A stretch of 64,000 nucleotides of DNA, taken from the IMG/VR virus record IMGVR_UViG_3300025108_000016; one strand, 5' to 3'. This DNA comes from a virus. Position 1 is the stretch's first letter. Each line of letters starts with the position of its first letter. A program made the translations under genes and the position numbers. Positions 1 to 9,393 of this stretch are shown here, piece by piece. Below the pieces are notes generated by a model that was not told the DNA's origin, made no database searches, and saw only the letters and a program-made list of their open reading frames with translations.

Positions 1-1
1 C

Positions 2-778
2 GAGCAGAAGCAAGGCGAGGAACAACCTACCCGTGAAGGCGGTGCTGATGCTTCCACATCAATCCCTGATCTTGCTGGTAGTGAAGAGAAGAGTGATGAA
101 GGTGAAAAAGATATCAAAGCAAATGCAGGTGCTCCTGATCCTGCTACCGATTTACGTGTTGGTGCAGGCGTCAAACAATCTCACGGAGCAGAAATTCGCG
201 ACACCACGAAGGTGGTTGCGAAGGAGTCGTGTGATACCTGCTCTAATTGCGGAGGGAAAGGGTGCTCCAAGTGCCAGAAGGAAGATAAGAATAGTATGAA
301 GAAAGAAAAAGCAGTGACTGAAGGCAAAGGTCTCTATGCAAATATTCATGCTAAGAGAAAAAGAGGTGGCACTCCTGCTAAACCAGGCAGCGATGCTTAC
401 CCCGCTAAGGATGCATTCAAGAAGTCTGCTAAGACTGCTAAGAAAGAAGCAGTATCGTTTGAACTTGATGGTGTTGAGTATGTCTTTGAAGAAGAAGTAA
501 TCGAAGAAGGCATGAAGACCGCACGTAAAAATGTCGGTGCTTCTACATGCTGGAAGGGATACAAAGCATCTGGCACCAAGAAAAAAGGTGGCAAAGAAGT
601 TCCTAATTGTGTCAAGGAAGGAAAGAAACTTGATGCAGTAGGTAAGGAAGACAAGGACATCGACAACGATGGTGATCACGATAAGTCTGACAAGTATCTC
701 CTAGCACGTCGTAAGAAAGTATCCAAGATCATTGGTGCTAAGAAAAAAGGCATGAAGGAAGAAACCGAAAAAAAGTAA
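2..778 (+). CDS. 5'-truncated Lys/Glu-rich modular hypothetical protein (possible internal head protein)
   Basis: Frame open from nt 2 to TAA at 776-778; modules CxxCxxCGGKGCxxC, KGLYANIHAKRKRG, CWKGYK..VPNCVKE and a DxDxDG loop. Confidence 0.8.
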   Translation, partial: EQKQGEEQPTREGGADASTSIPDLAGSEEKSDEGEKDIKANAGAPDPATDLRVGAGVKQSHGAEIRDTTKVVAKESCDTCSNCGGKGCSKCQKEDKNSMKKEKAVTEGKGLYANIHAKRKRGGTPAKPGSDAYPAKDAFKKSAKTAKKEAVSFELDGVEYVFEEEVIEEGMKTARKNVGASTCWKGYKASGTKKKGGKEVPNCVKEGKKLDAVGKEDKDIDNDGDHDKSDKYLLARRKKVSKIIGAKKKGMKEETEKK

Positions 779-873
779 AAAAGCCAGTGGTTGAGATCAT
801 GCCTGAACTAGATGACGGCGAACCAGATCCTAAACCAATGAAACCTGGCAAAAAAGATAAAAAGGATAAATAA
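769..873 (+). other. Candidate -1 frameshift site A_AAA_AAG with a 32-codon extension
   Basis: Heptamer 769-775 is in phase and directly before the stop; -1 frame reads VKKPVVEIMPELDDGEPDPKPMKPGKKDKKDK* to 873. Confidence 0.55.
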
Positions 874-896
874 TTCATGCCCTATGACATGAAACA

Positions 897-1097
897 ATGT
901 TGTCTTTTCTACTCCCACTAGCATCAAAAATTATCAAAGATGCTGTCGATAAAATTCCTGACAATGAAGAACTTGGTGAGAAGATGGTTGAGATCTGTCT
1001 TGTTATTCTTGCTAAAGCAGTTAAGTTGACCAAGACTGATATGGACGATCAACTTCTTGAGGTTGTATCTGCCGCAATTAAGAACCGAGAAGAGTGA
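897..1097 (+). CDS. Cyanophage hypothetical protein
   Basis: 66-aa ORF after an ATAAATA element (866-872), followed by a terminator. Confidence 0.8.
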   Translation: MLSFLLPLASKIIKDAVDKIPDNEELGEKMVEICLVILAKAVKLTKTDMDDQLLEVVSAAIKNREE

Positions 1098-1105
1098 TAA
1101 TACGG

Positions 1106-1131
1106 GGAGAGGTTGTGCCTCTCCTTTTTTT
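1106..1131 (+). terminator. Rho-independent terminator
   Basis: GGAGAGG-TTGTG-CCTCTCC followed by a T run. Confidence 0.85.
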
Positions 1132-1138
1132 ATAAATA
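1131..1138 (+). promoter_or_regulatory. T4-type late promoter TATAAATA
   Basis: Exact gp55 consensus upstream of a structural gene. Confidence 0.8.
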
Positions 1139-1170
1139 ATATGAGAATCGAATAGTCTACTGGAGATCCA

Positions 1171-1749
1171 ATGTCCCTATACGGAAGAACGGACAGCAAC
1201 GTTAACAAAGCCAAAGCAGGCATTGGAGTTGCTGCATCCGCACAAGCAAAGCAAACAATTTTTCTTGACGACACAGAAGCAGCACTTGCTGAGAACAAAG
1301 CACGTGGTCTGAATGCTCCTGGTTGGTGGTCCTACTATACCTACACTGATTGTGAAGGTAACACCCGTCATAAGGCAGAGATGCTGGTAACCATTGCTGG
1401 TCCTGATCTTAATGCTAATGAGACTCAGGCAGATGATGCTGCTGCAGCAGACGTAAGTGTATTGATTGACATCCAGACACAACCAGCAGATACTGCTGTT
1501 GCTGTTGGTGCTGCTCTACAACTTGTTCTTGCCGCTACCGCTACTCCTCCTGGTGATGCCTCTGTTCTCACCTTCCAATGGCAGAAGAAGTCTGGTAAGA
1601 AATGGGCAGATGTTTCTGGTGCTACCAATACAACGTTTGATGTTGCTTCTTATGCGGCAACTGATGCTGGTTCCTATCGTGTCAAGATTAACTCCACTAA
1701 TGGTGCTACCGAGAAAATCTCTGCTGTTGCTGTTGTAACTACTGCCTGA
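1171..1749 (+). CDS. Virion protein with C-terminal Ig-like domain (Hoc-like decoration)
   Basis: Ig motifs IQTQPAD, LTFQWQK, DAGSYRVKI. Confidence 0.7.
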   Translation: MSLYGRTDSNVNKAKAGIGVAASAQAKQTIFLDDTEAALAENKARGLNAPGWWSYYTYTDCEGNTRHKAEMLVTIAGPDLNANETQADDAAAADVSVLIDIQTQPADTAVAVGAALQLVLAATATPPGDASVLTFQWQKKSGKKWADVSGATNTTFDVASYAATDAGSYRVKINSTNGATEKISAVAVVTTA

Positions 1750-1755
1750 TAAGGA

Positions 1756-2112
1756 ATGATCTTCGATGAATTGACACCAGATAACTGGTTATTTTTTACT
1801 ATCAAACATTATGATAATCCTCAATCAGTTACCTATGGTGATTTTGAAGAAGATCTAAATAGGATTAGGTATATTAAACGTTTATTCAAACGATATGAGA
1901 CCACAGGTGAATTAAAAACTCACCTGATTTTAAATCATATTATCGTGATGTATAATGTATTTGATGACGCTGCTACGCCTCTACTTTTTTATAAAATAGA
2001 GGCTACGCATTGGGCATATTTAAAAGCATTCATGCTTTTTCTAAATAGATTACCACAAACTCTTAACACTAAAGTAGACCAAGAATGTCTGAAGCAATTG
2101 AATCTAATTTAA
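1756..2112 (+). CDS. Conserved T4-like phage hypothetical protein
   Basis: YDNPQS..FEEDLNRIRYIKRLF..LILNHII pattern typical of the gene upstream of primase. Confidence 0.8.
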   Translation: MIFDELTPDNWLFFTIKHYDNPQSVTYGDFEEDLNRIRYIKRLFKRYETTGELKTHLILNHIIVMYNVFDDAATPLLFYKIEATHWAYLKAFMLFLNRLPQTLNTKVDQECLKQLNLI

Positions 2113-2801
2113 ATGAAATGATGCTAGGTAATGGTAGTGGTCTTGCTATGCCTCCTGCATTTGTGTTTGTAAACACAAAAGGTCAACGTAAGTATAAAAA
2201 AAATAATCAAGACAAAGTAGATGGTCGCACTGCAGGTGCGAAAAATATGCTCTCTCGTATCAATACCCGTAAAAAAATGAAAGAACAAGTAGAAGAAACA
2301 ATTATTTCTGAAGCAGTGCCCTCAGAAACTGAGAGAGCACAGAAGCAAATCCAGCAAGGCAAAAAACTTGGACGCCAGAAGGATATGCAGAAGAAGAAAA
2401 AGGAAGCAAAAGAAAAAATGCAGTCCAAGACATCAGAAATGGACACCCTGATGAAAGCACGTTTGTCTGACTTTAAAAAGAAAGCAAGCGATCAACAGAA
2501 AAAAGTCCAGAAAAACTCTTTTGAAATGACAGGTGATACTATGATTCATGAAAATACTGATGCACTAGAAGTTGCTCTACAGGTTGCAACTCAGGAACTT
2601 AATCCTGCAGGCGAGACATCATTCGCTAAGATTGATTTTTCTGATGGCACTACGCAGAACCTAGATAGTTTCTCTGCCAAGCGTATTGCTGCTTGCTATG
2701 CACAACTAGATGAACCAAAGCAGCAACAGTTTAGATTCATGCTGAACAAAGATGCGTCTTCGTATCAGTCGGCATTGGATTTCGCTGTAAGAAATGTATA
2801 A
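2085..2801 (+). CDS. Hypothetical coiled-coil protein (start may be 2118)
   Basis: 238-aa ORF, K/Q/E-rich. Confidence 0.75.
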   Translation: MSEAIESNLNEMMLGNGSGLAMPPAFVFVNTKGQRKYKKNNQDKVDGRTAGAKNMLSRINTRKKMKEQVEETIISEAVPSETERAQKQIQQGKKLGRQKDMQKKKKEAKEKMQSKTSEMDTLMKARLSDFKKKASDQQKKVQKNSFEMTGDTMIHENTDALEVALQVATQELNPAGETSFAKIDFSDGTTQNLDSFSAKRIAACYAQLDEPKQQQFRFMLNKDASSYQSALDFAVRNV

Positions 2802-2839
2802 ATAATAAGTATAATTACGCACACTGGCATGTAGCATAT

Positions 2840-3274
2840 ATGGCGTTTGGTCTTGGTAGATTAGCAGTTTTAGAATCAAAGCTTGACATTTATGAAGATC
2901 TCTCCAAAGAGATGCTTGACAAACTCGAAAGAGCAGTGGGAACAATCTCAGAAAACAGCAACAGAGTTGCTGTAATCTTGGAGCGCCATGAAAATCGTTT
3001 GGATGAATCCGAACGTGCCGATAAACTCATCATTAGTATGCTTGATGAGATGAAGGAAAGGCATGAGAAGGATCATCAACTGGTTCAAGAAAGGATCAGT
3101 AAGATCCAAAGGAAAGTGGATGTCAATGCAAAGTTTGTGATAGGTGCTGGTGCTGTGCTTGCTACCCTTGTGGCAGTGTTACAAGTGGTCCCACCTATCA
3201 TTAAAATCTTGACACCTGGTTCCAACACTGCTATGATGGAAGGACCAAGACCTTTAGTACGTGAGTTATCTTGA
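2840..3274 (+). CDS. Coiled-coil protein with C-terminal transmembrane helix
   Basis: Heptad-rich N-terminus; FVIGAGAVLATLVAVLQVV; TATAAATA upstream at about 2797. Confidence 0.75.
   Translation: MAFGLGRLAVLESKLDIYEDLSKEMLDKLERAVGTISENSNRVAVILERHENRLDESERADKLIISMLDEMKERHEKDHQLVQERISKIQRKVDVNAKFVIGAGAVLATLVAVLQVVPPIIKILTPGSNTAMMEGPRPLVRELS
3209..3237 (+). promoter_or_regulatory. Sigma70-type promoter for primase-nrdAB
   Basis: TTGACA-17-TATGAT with extended TG. Confidence 0.7.
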
Positions 3275-4250
3275 TAGCAAGTATGTCAGTCTGATTTCTT
3301 CGCAACTTGATAAGTTCGTAAAGAAGAACGACAAGACATATAATTTTCGTTGTCCATATTGTGGCGACTCTCAAAAACATAAAAACAAAGCTCGTGGGTA
3401 TCTTTTCAAAGTCAAGAATGACTTTGTGTTTAAGTGTCACAATTGTGGCATGGGCAGAACGTTTACTAATTTCTTAAAAGATCACTCATCTCATCTCCAT
3501 GATCAGTATGTCATGGAAAGATATAGAGAGGGATTGACTGGCAGAAATAGTCAGACTGCAAAACCAAAACTTGATTTCAAGAAACCAGTCTTTAAAAAAA
3601 CGAAAGAGACAGGATTACAACCAATCTCTGCGCTAAATAGTTCTCACCCAGCAAGAGAATATTTACAGAATCGAAAAATTGAAGACTTAAATAGTTTTTA
3701 CTATTGCCCCAAGTTTAAAGCATGGACTAACGAACAGAAGAGAACGTTTGATACGTTACGTCAGGATAGTCCAAGAATTATCATCCCATTGAGGGATAAA
3801 GATGGAACCATGTTTGGTTTCCAGGGAAGATCTCTTGCCCCTAAAGCTAAGATCAGATACATTACAATTATGCTAGATGAGTCCATGCCTAAAGTGTATG
3901 GATTAGATCGTGTTGACTCCACCAAGGAAGTATATGTCACAGAAGGACCCTTCGACAGTCATTTCATTGACAACGCTATTGCTATGTGTGGTAGCGATGT
4001 TAACCTTAGCAGTTACGATTATCGATTCGTATACACCTACGACAACGAACCCAGATCTAGAGAAATTGTTAATAAGATTGCATCAACGATCAAGGCAGGG
4101 CACAAGGTAGTCATCTTCCCTAAGAGCATTAAAGAGAAAGACTTAAACGACATGGCACTCGCTGGACATGACGTTCAATCTCTGGTAGAATCAAACACTT
4201 ACAGCGGCTTAGAAGCAACACTTAAAATGAACGAATGGAAAAAGGTATGA
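3261..4250 (+). CDS. gp61: DNA primase (T4 gp61)
   Basis: Zn finger CPYCGDS..CHNC; TOPRIM motifs EGPFDS and YDNEPR. Confidence 0.95.
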   Translation: MSYLDSKYVSLISSQLDKFVKKNDKTYNFRCPYCGDSQKHKNKARGYLFKVKNDFVFKCHNCGMGRTFTNFLKDHSSHLHDQYVMERYREGLTGRNSQTAKPKLDFKKPVFKKTKETGLQPISALNSSHPAREYLQNRKIEDLNSFYYCPKFKAWTNEQKRTFDTLRQDSPRIIIPLRDKDGTMFGFQGRSLAPKAKIRYITIMLDESMPKVYGLDRVDSTKEVYVTEGPFDSHFIDNAIAMCGSDVNLSSYDYRFVYTYDNEPRSREIVNKIASTIKAGHKVVIFPKSIKEKDLNDMALAGHDVQSLVESNTYSGLEATLKMNEWKKV

Positions 4251-6568
4251 GCACAATCAACGTAGAGAAGCGCGACGGGTCCATTGAACCTCTCAACCTT
4301 GAAAAGATTCACAAGATGGTTGAAGAGGCGACAGAAGGTCTCTCAGGAGTCTCTGCAAGTCAAGTAGAAATGCATTCCAATATTCAATTTCATGATGGGA
4401 TCACTACTGAGAACATTCAAGAGATTCTTATTAGATCTGCGAGTGATTTAATTAGTCTAGATAATCCAAACTATCAATACGTTGCTGCTCGACTTCTTCT
4501 CTTTGGTCTTCGCAAACAAGTATTTAATAAATCTGTTTGGAAAGATGGTATGCCATCAGCATATGATGTTGCACTATATAATGCTACCATCAACAAAGTT
4601 TATGATGAAGAGTTGCTAGATAAGTATAGCGACGATGACTGGGACAAAATTAATACTTGGGTAGATCATGGTAGAGACTATCTGTTTTCTTATGCAGGTC
4701 TACGCCAAGTTGTAGATAAGTATCTTGTCCAAGATCGAAGCAGCGGAGATGTGTACGAAACTCCTCAGTACATGTATCTGTTTATTGCAATGACATTGTT
4801 TGCGGAGTACCCTCTAGATACTAGACTCGATTATGTCCGAAGATACTACAACGCAATCAGCAAGCACAAGATCAACATTCCCACACCTATCATGGCAGGG
4901 GTGCGAACTCCACTTCGACAGTTTGCTAGCTGTGTTCTTATTGATGCTAATGACACCCTCGATAGCATCTTTTCTAGTGACATGGCGATTGGCAAGTATG
5001 TTGCTCAACGTGCAGGAATCGGTATCAACGCAGGCAGAATCCGTGGGGTCAATGCTAAGATCCGAGGCGGAGAAGTCGCTCACACAGGTGTTATCCCATT
5101 CCTCAAAAAATTTGAAAGCACTGTCAGATGTTGTACGCAAAATGGCATCCGAGGTGGATCAGCTACAGTACACTTCCCAATCTGGCACCAAGAAATAGAA
5201 GACATTATTGTTCTTAAAAATAATAAGGGCACAGAAGATAATCGTGTACGTAAACTAGATTATTCTATTCAAACATCCAAGTTATTCTATGAACGTTTCA
5301 TTAAGAATGAAGAGATTAGCCTCTTCTCACCGCATGACGTACCAGGTCTCTATGATGCTTTTGGTACTGATGCATTTGACGCTCGCTATGTGGACTATGA
5401 ATCAGATCAGTCTATTCCAAGAAAGACTGTCGGGGCGCAAGAACTAACTCTAGCTCTTCTAAAAGAAAGAGCAGAAACTGGTCGTCTATATATCATGAAT
5501 ATAGATCATTGCAACTCTCATTCTTCTTTCAAAGATAAGGTTAGTATGTCTAATCTTTGTCAAGAGATTACTCTTCCTACTAACCCAATTGAGCACATTG
5601 ATGACCCATTTGGGGAGATTGCACTATGTATTCTCTCTGCAGTCAATGTTGGTAAACTCAAATCACTAGATGAAATGGAAGAACTATGTGACTTAGCAGT
5701 CCGTGGTCTCGAAGAATTGATTGATTATCAAAACTACCCTGTTAAAGCAGCAGAAATCTCAACACAGAATCGCCGTAGTCTAGGGGTAGGTTACATTGGT
5801 CTTGCTCATTACCTAGCACGTCAAGGAGTTAAATACGATGACCCAGCATCTTGGAAACTTGTCCATGACCTGTCTGAATCTTTCCAATACAATCTACTCA
5901 GAGCCAGTAACGAGTTGGCAAAAGAAAAAGGAAAATGTGGTTATTACGATCGCACAAAATATTCCGATGGTGTCCTCCCAATCGACACTTACAAGCGTGA
6001 AGTTGACACAATCGCAGGAGGATTGAATTGTGATTGGGATAGTCTTCGCTCAGATATCAAAGAGTTCGGATTGCGACACAGCACATTGTCCGCACAGATG
6101 CCTTCAGAAAGTAGTTCCGTTGTGTCAAATGAAACCAATGGAATCGAACCACCTAGAGATTACTTGTCCGTTAAAAAATCAAAGAAAGGACCTCTTAAGC
6201 AAATTGTTCCTCAGTACAATACCCTGAAGAACAACTACACTCTTCTATGGGACATGAAGAGCAATGAAGGATACATTAATATTGTTTCTGTAATGCAGAA
6301 ATTCTTTGATCAAGCAATTTCTGGTAACTGGAGTTACAATCCAGAAAATTATCTAGACAATAAAGTTCCAGTCTCTGTAATGGCAGGTGACTTTTTAAAT
6401 ACATATAAGTACGGTTGGAAGACTTCGTATTATCAAAATACGTATGACAGCAAAACCGATATTGATACTGATGATACTAATGAAGAACCAAAGTCTGCTG
6501 AAGACTTAGTACAAGACATTTTAAACCAAGAACAAGAAGGAGAAGCGTGTGACAGCTGTGCAATTTAA
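4247..6568 (+). CDS. nrdA: Ribonucleotide reductase class Ia alpha subunit
   Basis: ATP cone VEKRDG; PTPIMAG; SNLCQEI; C-terminal CDSCAI. Confidence 0.97.
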   Translation: MSTINVEKRDGSIEPLNLEKIHKMVEEATEGLSGVSASQVEMHSNIQFHDGITTENIQEILIRSASDLISLDNPNYQYVAARLLLFGLRKQVFNKSVWKDGMPSAYDVALYNATINKVYDEELLDKYSDDDWDKINTWVDHGRDYLFSYAGLRQVVDKYLVQDRSSGDVYETPQYMYLFIAMTLFAEYPLDTRLDYVRRYYNAISKHKINIPTPIMAGVRTPLRQFASCVLIDANDTLDSIFSSDMAIGKYVAQRAGIGINAGRIRGVNAKIRGGEVAHTGVIPFLKKFESTVRCCTQNGIRGGSATVHFPIWHQEIEDIIVLKNNKGTEDNRVRKLDYSIQTSKLFYERFIKNEEISLFSPHDVPGLYDAFGTDAFDARYVDYESDQSIPRKTVGAQELTLALLKERAETGRLYIMNIDHCNSHSSFKDKVSMSNLCQEITLPTNPIEHIDDPFGEIALCILSAVNVGKLKSLDEMEELCDLAVRGLEELIDYQNYPVKAAEISTQNRRSLGVGYIGLAHYLARQGVKYDDPASWKLVHDLSESFQYNLLRASNELAKEKGKCGYYDRTKYSDGVLPIDTYKREVDTIAGGLNCDWDSLRSDIKEFGLRHSTLSAQMPSESSSVVSNETNGIEPPRDYLSVKKSKKGPLKQIVPQYNTLKNNYTLLWDMKSNEGYINIVSVMQKFFDQAISGNWSYNPENYLDNKVPVSVMAGDFLNTYKYGWKTSYYQNTYDSKTDIDTDDTNEEPKSAEDLVQDILNQEQEGEACDSCAI

Positions 6569-7733
6569 AGTTAGTGATGCAGAATATAAAACAATTGAAG
6601 GCATGACCGTGTTTAATAAAAATCATGTGGACACCACTACACAGACAATGTTTTTTGGTGCCCCTCTTGGGGTTCAAAGATATGATAATTTCAAGTATCC
6701 AGTCTTTGATAAACTAACTCAGCAACAACTAGGTTTCTTCTGGAGACCAGAAGAAGTTTCACTACAAAAAGATCGTGCAGACTATCAACAACTCCGACCA
6801 GAACAGAAGCACATCTTCACGTCGAACCTCAAGTATCAGATCATGCTTGACTCCGTACAAGGTCGTGGTCCTGGCATGGCTTTCATGCCTTATTGCAGCT
6901 TACCCGAACTTGAGTCAGCAATGAATATATGGCAGACCATGGAGATGATCCATAGTCGCTCGTATACTCATATTATCAAGAATATCTACCCTGATCCGTC
7001 TGAAATTTTTGATCAAATTATCACTGACGAAAAAATTCTGGAACGTGCTACCAGTGTCACTAAAGCATACGATGAGTTTCTACAAGCAGCACATCAGTAT
7101 GATAGTGGTAACATGTGGCGTCCTGACTTTAAAGATTCCCCAAGTGCTCAGTGGGAATTGAAAGATCTGAAACGTAAATTGTATCGTGCTGTAGCAAACG
7201 TTTATATTCTTGAAGGAATTAGATTCTATGTTTCGTTTGCTTGTTCTTTTGCGTTTGGCGAGAACAAACAGATGGAAGGTAATGCCAAGATTATTTCTCT
7301 TATTGCTAGAGATGAATCACAGCATATGACTATCACCCAAAACATCCTTAACAAATGGAAAGAGGGTGATGATCCTGATATGATTTCTATTGTCAAAGAA
7401 GAAGAAGAAAATGTTTATAACATGTTTAGAAAATGTGTGGAAGAAGAAGTAATCTGGGCTGATTATCTTTTCAAAGATGGATCGATGATTGGTCTTAATG
7501 CAAAACTTCTACAGAAGTATGTTGAGTGGACTGCCAATAGACGCATGAAAACTATTGGATTGAAACCAATCTTTGATGTTCCAGCAAATAACAATCCTTT
7601 GCCTTGGACACAACACTGGTTGAGTTCTAAAGGATTGCAAGTGGCACCACAGGAAACAGAAGTTGAGTCATATGTAATTGGAGGTATCACACAAGATGTT
7701 GAAGAAAATACTTTTGCGGCTTTTGAATTGTGA
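6549..7733 (+). CDS. nrdB: Ribonucleotide reductase class Ia beta subunit
   Basis: FFWRPEEV, EMIHSRSY, LEGIRFYVSF, RDESQH, VAPQETE. Confidence 0.97.
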   Translation: MTAVQFKVSDAEYKTIEGMTVFNKNHVDTTTQTMFFGAPLGVQRYDNFKYPVFDKLTQQQLGFFWRPEEVSLQKDRADYQQLRPEQKHIFTSNLKYQIMLDSVQGRGPGMAFMPYCSLPELESAMNIWQTMEMIHSRSYTHIIKNIYPDPSEIFDQIITDEKILERATSVTKAYDEFLQAAHQYDSGNMWRPDFKDSPSAQWELKDLKRKLYRAVANVYILEGIRFYVSFACSFAFGENKQMEGNAKIISLIARDESQHMTITQNILNKWKEGDDPDMISIVKEEEENVYNMFRKCVEEEVIWADYLFKDGSMIGLNAKLLQKYVEWTANRRMKTIGLKPIFDVPANNNPLPWTQHWLSSKGLQVAPQETEVESYVIGGITQDVEENTFAAFEL

Positions 7734-7897
7734 TAAGATATTCTTTACCTCGATGGAGAGAAGATCTCCTACAGACAAACCTACTCAATCAGGAGGAGAG
7801 AGATCTCCTCTCGAAGGGTCCATCAAGTCTCGCTCAAGCATGGAGAATGCAGGCAATAAAGTACAAATACGCGACCCGTGGGACTAATGGATGTTGA
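7730..7897 (+). CDS. Small hypothetical protein, 55 aa (not in ORF track)
   Basis: GTG overlapping the nrdB stop; MIRYSLPRWREDLL..KGPSSLAQAWRMQAIKYKY. Confidence 0.6.
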   Translation: MIRYSLPRWREDLLQTNLLNQEERDLLSKGPSSLAQAWRMQAIKYKYATRGTNGC

Positions 7898-8540
7898 ATT
7901 GATTTCTTTCGGACGTGATGGTATTATCATTGCCGATTTGCAAGAGAGTGATGTTGATATTGTAACCAAAGAAGTTTATTCTATTAAAGAAAATTTTGAT
8001 GGACACATAAAAGCAACAAACTTTCTTGCTGGAAACATTGAGCAAGAATATAAATTATCTCAAGATAGTATTCAATGTTTAGATAGAATACTGAGACCAA
8101 TTATTGATGAGTACAATAAAAAATTTACTTGTGTACGTGACATCATGGTTTTGGATAATGATCTTCCGATGGACTTGGTTTATACTTGGGTAAACTTTCA
8201 AAAAAAATATGAATTTAACCCTGCCCATAGACATGGCGGGGTTTTTAGTTTTATCTTTTGGATAGATATTCCTTTTTCATATGAAGATGAGATGCAAACT
8301 CCAGGTGTCATAGATTCAAATACAAAGTGTCCTGGTGTTGTCGAGTGGTTATACACTGGCTCGCTAGGAAGAATAGAAGGATTTAAGTTGCCTGTAGATA
8401 AGACATACAATTATAAACTTGCTTTGTTTCCATCTGCTATGATGCATTTAGTGTACCCTTTCTATACATCTGATGACTATAGAATTAGTGTGTCGGGCAA
8501 TTATTTCCTCACCGATAAATATTTAAAAAATAATATGTAA
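7887..8540 (+). CDS. 2OG-Fe(II) oxygenase-like protein
   Basis: WVNFQKKYEFNPAHRH..FPSAMMHLVYPF..RISVSGN. Confidence 0.8.
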   Translation: MDVELISFGRDGIIIADLQESDVDIVTKEVYSIKENFDGHIKATNFLAGNIEQEYKLSQDSIQCLDRILRPIIDEYNKKFTCVRDIMVLDNDLPMDLVYTWVNFQKKYEFNPAHRHGGVFSFIFWIDIPFSYEDEMQTPGVIDSNTKCPGVVEWLYTGSLGRIEGFKLPVDKTYNYKLALFPSAMMHLVYPFYTSDDYRISVSGNYFLTDKYLKNNM

Positions 8541-8872
8541 TGAAAACACAAAGTGCTAAGGCGAAGGGCAGGAATCTACAGAAGTGGGTGAGACAAATGT
8601 TGATCGAGATTTTAGATGTTCATCCTGAGGATATTGAGTCGCGATCAATGGGTGCTGGTGGAGAAGATCTTATCATGGCCCGTGCAGCAAGACAAAAGTT
8701 TCCTCATTCGATTGAATGTAAGAATGTGGAAAGGTTAAATGTATGGGATGCTTATGAACAGGCAGCATCAAATTGTGGTGACTATGAACCAATCGTAGTC
8801 ATGAAGAAGAATAGGAAGAAACCACTGGTTGTTGTGGATGCTGAATATTTTATTGCTCTCTTTAATAAATAG
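8540..8872 (+). CDS. PD-(D/E)XK nuclease / Holliday junction resolvase-like protein
   Basis: KAKGR..GEDL..SIECKN motif. Confidence 0.7.
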   Translation: MKTQSAKAKGRNLQKWVRQMLIEILDVHPEDIESRSMGAGGEDLIMARAARQKFPHSIECKNVERLNVWDAYEQAASNCGDYEPIVVMKKNRKKPLVVVDAEYFIALFNK

Positions 8873-8892
8873 AGTTGCCTAACTCTTTACTC

Positions 8893-9183
8893 ATGGAATC
8901 AAATCCACAGAAGAAAGAGGAATCCAAAAAGGAAAACAAATTTGAGTGGGCGGATGAGGGTGTGTCAACTCTCGTCCGAGTTATTATTCTTGGTTGGTCA
9001 GCAGCAATTCTGACTCTTAATTATGTAACTGTTCCTGGTATTCCTCAGAAAAATATCGATCCAACTTTTATCGCCAGTGTTTTTACTGGAACTTTAGCTA
9101 CGTTCGGGGTCATGCCTTCCAAAAAGAAGGATGAATCCAAGCAAGCACCTACATTGGAGAAGAAAGATGCAAAAATTGATTAA
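8893..9183 (+). CDS. Two-TM membrane protein (holin-like topology)
   Basis: Two hydrophobic segments with charged termini; AATAAATA late promoter at about 8864. Confidence 0.7.
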   Translation: MESNPQKKEESKKENKFEWADEGVSTLVRVIILGWSAAILTLNYVTVPGIPQKNIDPTFIASVFTGTLATFGVMPSKKKDESKQAPTLEKKDAKID

Positions 9184-9391
9184 TGTAGTCGCGTTGTTAT
9201 CTGGTCTAGTTTCTTTATCTGTCTTAGGGGGTGGTGCTTATCTTTACGTTCAAAAGGATACATTAATCGAAGGTGCTAGGGAGAAAGCAACTGCTGCTAT
9301 CACCGAAGCAATCACAGAAGCACTACCAGGAATGGTAAATGCTGCTATGCCTAAGATGCCTGAAGTAACTGGTCCCTCTATGCCATTCTAA
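9167..9391 (+). CDS. N-terminally anchored membrane protein
   Basis: MQKLINVVALLSGLVSLSVLGGGAYLY; Pro-rich C-terminus. Confidence 0.75.
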   Translation: MQKLINVVALLSGLVSLSVLGGGAYLYVQKDTLIEGAREKATAAITEAITEALPGMVNAAMPKMPEVTGPSMPF

Positions 9392-9393
9392 CC

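Noticed and set aside
4247-7733. Inteins or introns in nrdA/nrdB
   Set aside because: Lengths are normal, and no splice motifs or insertions are evident.
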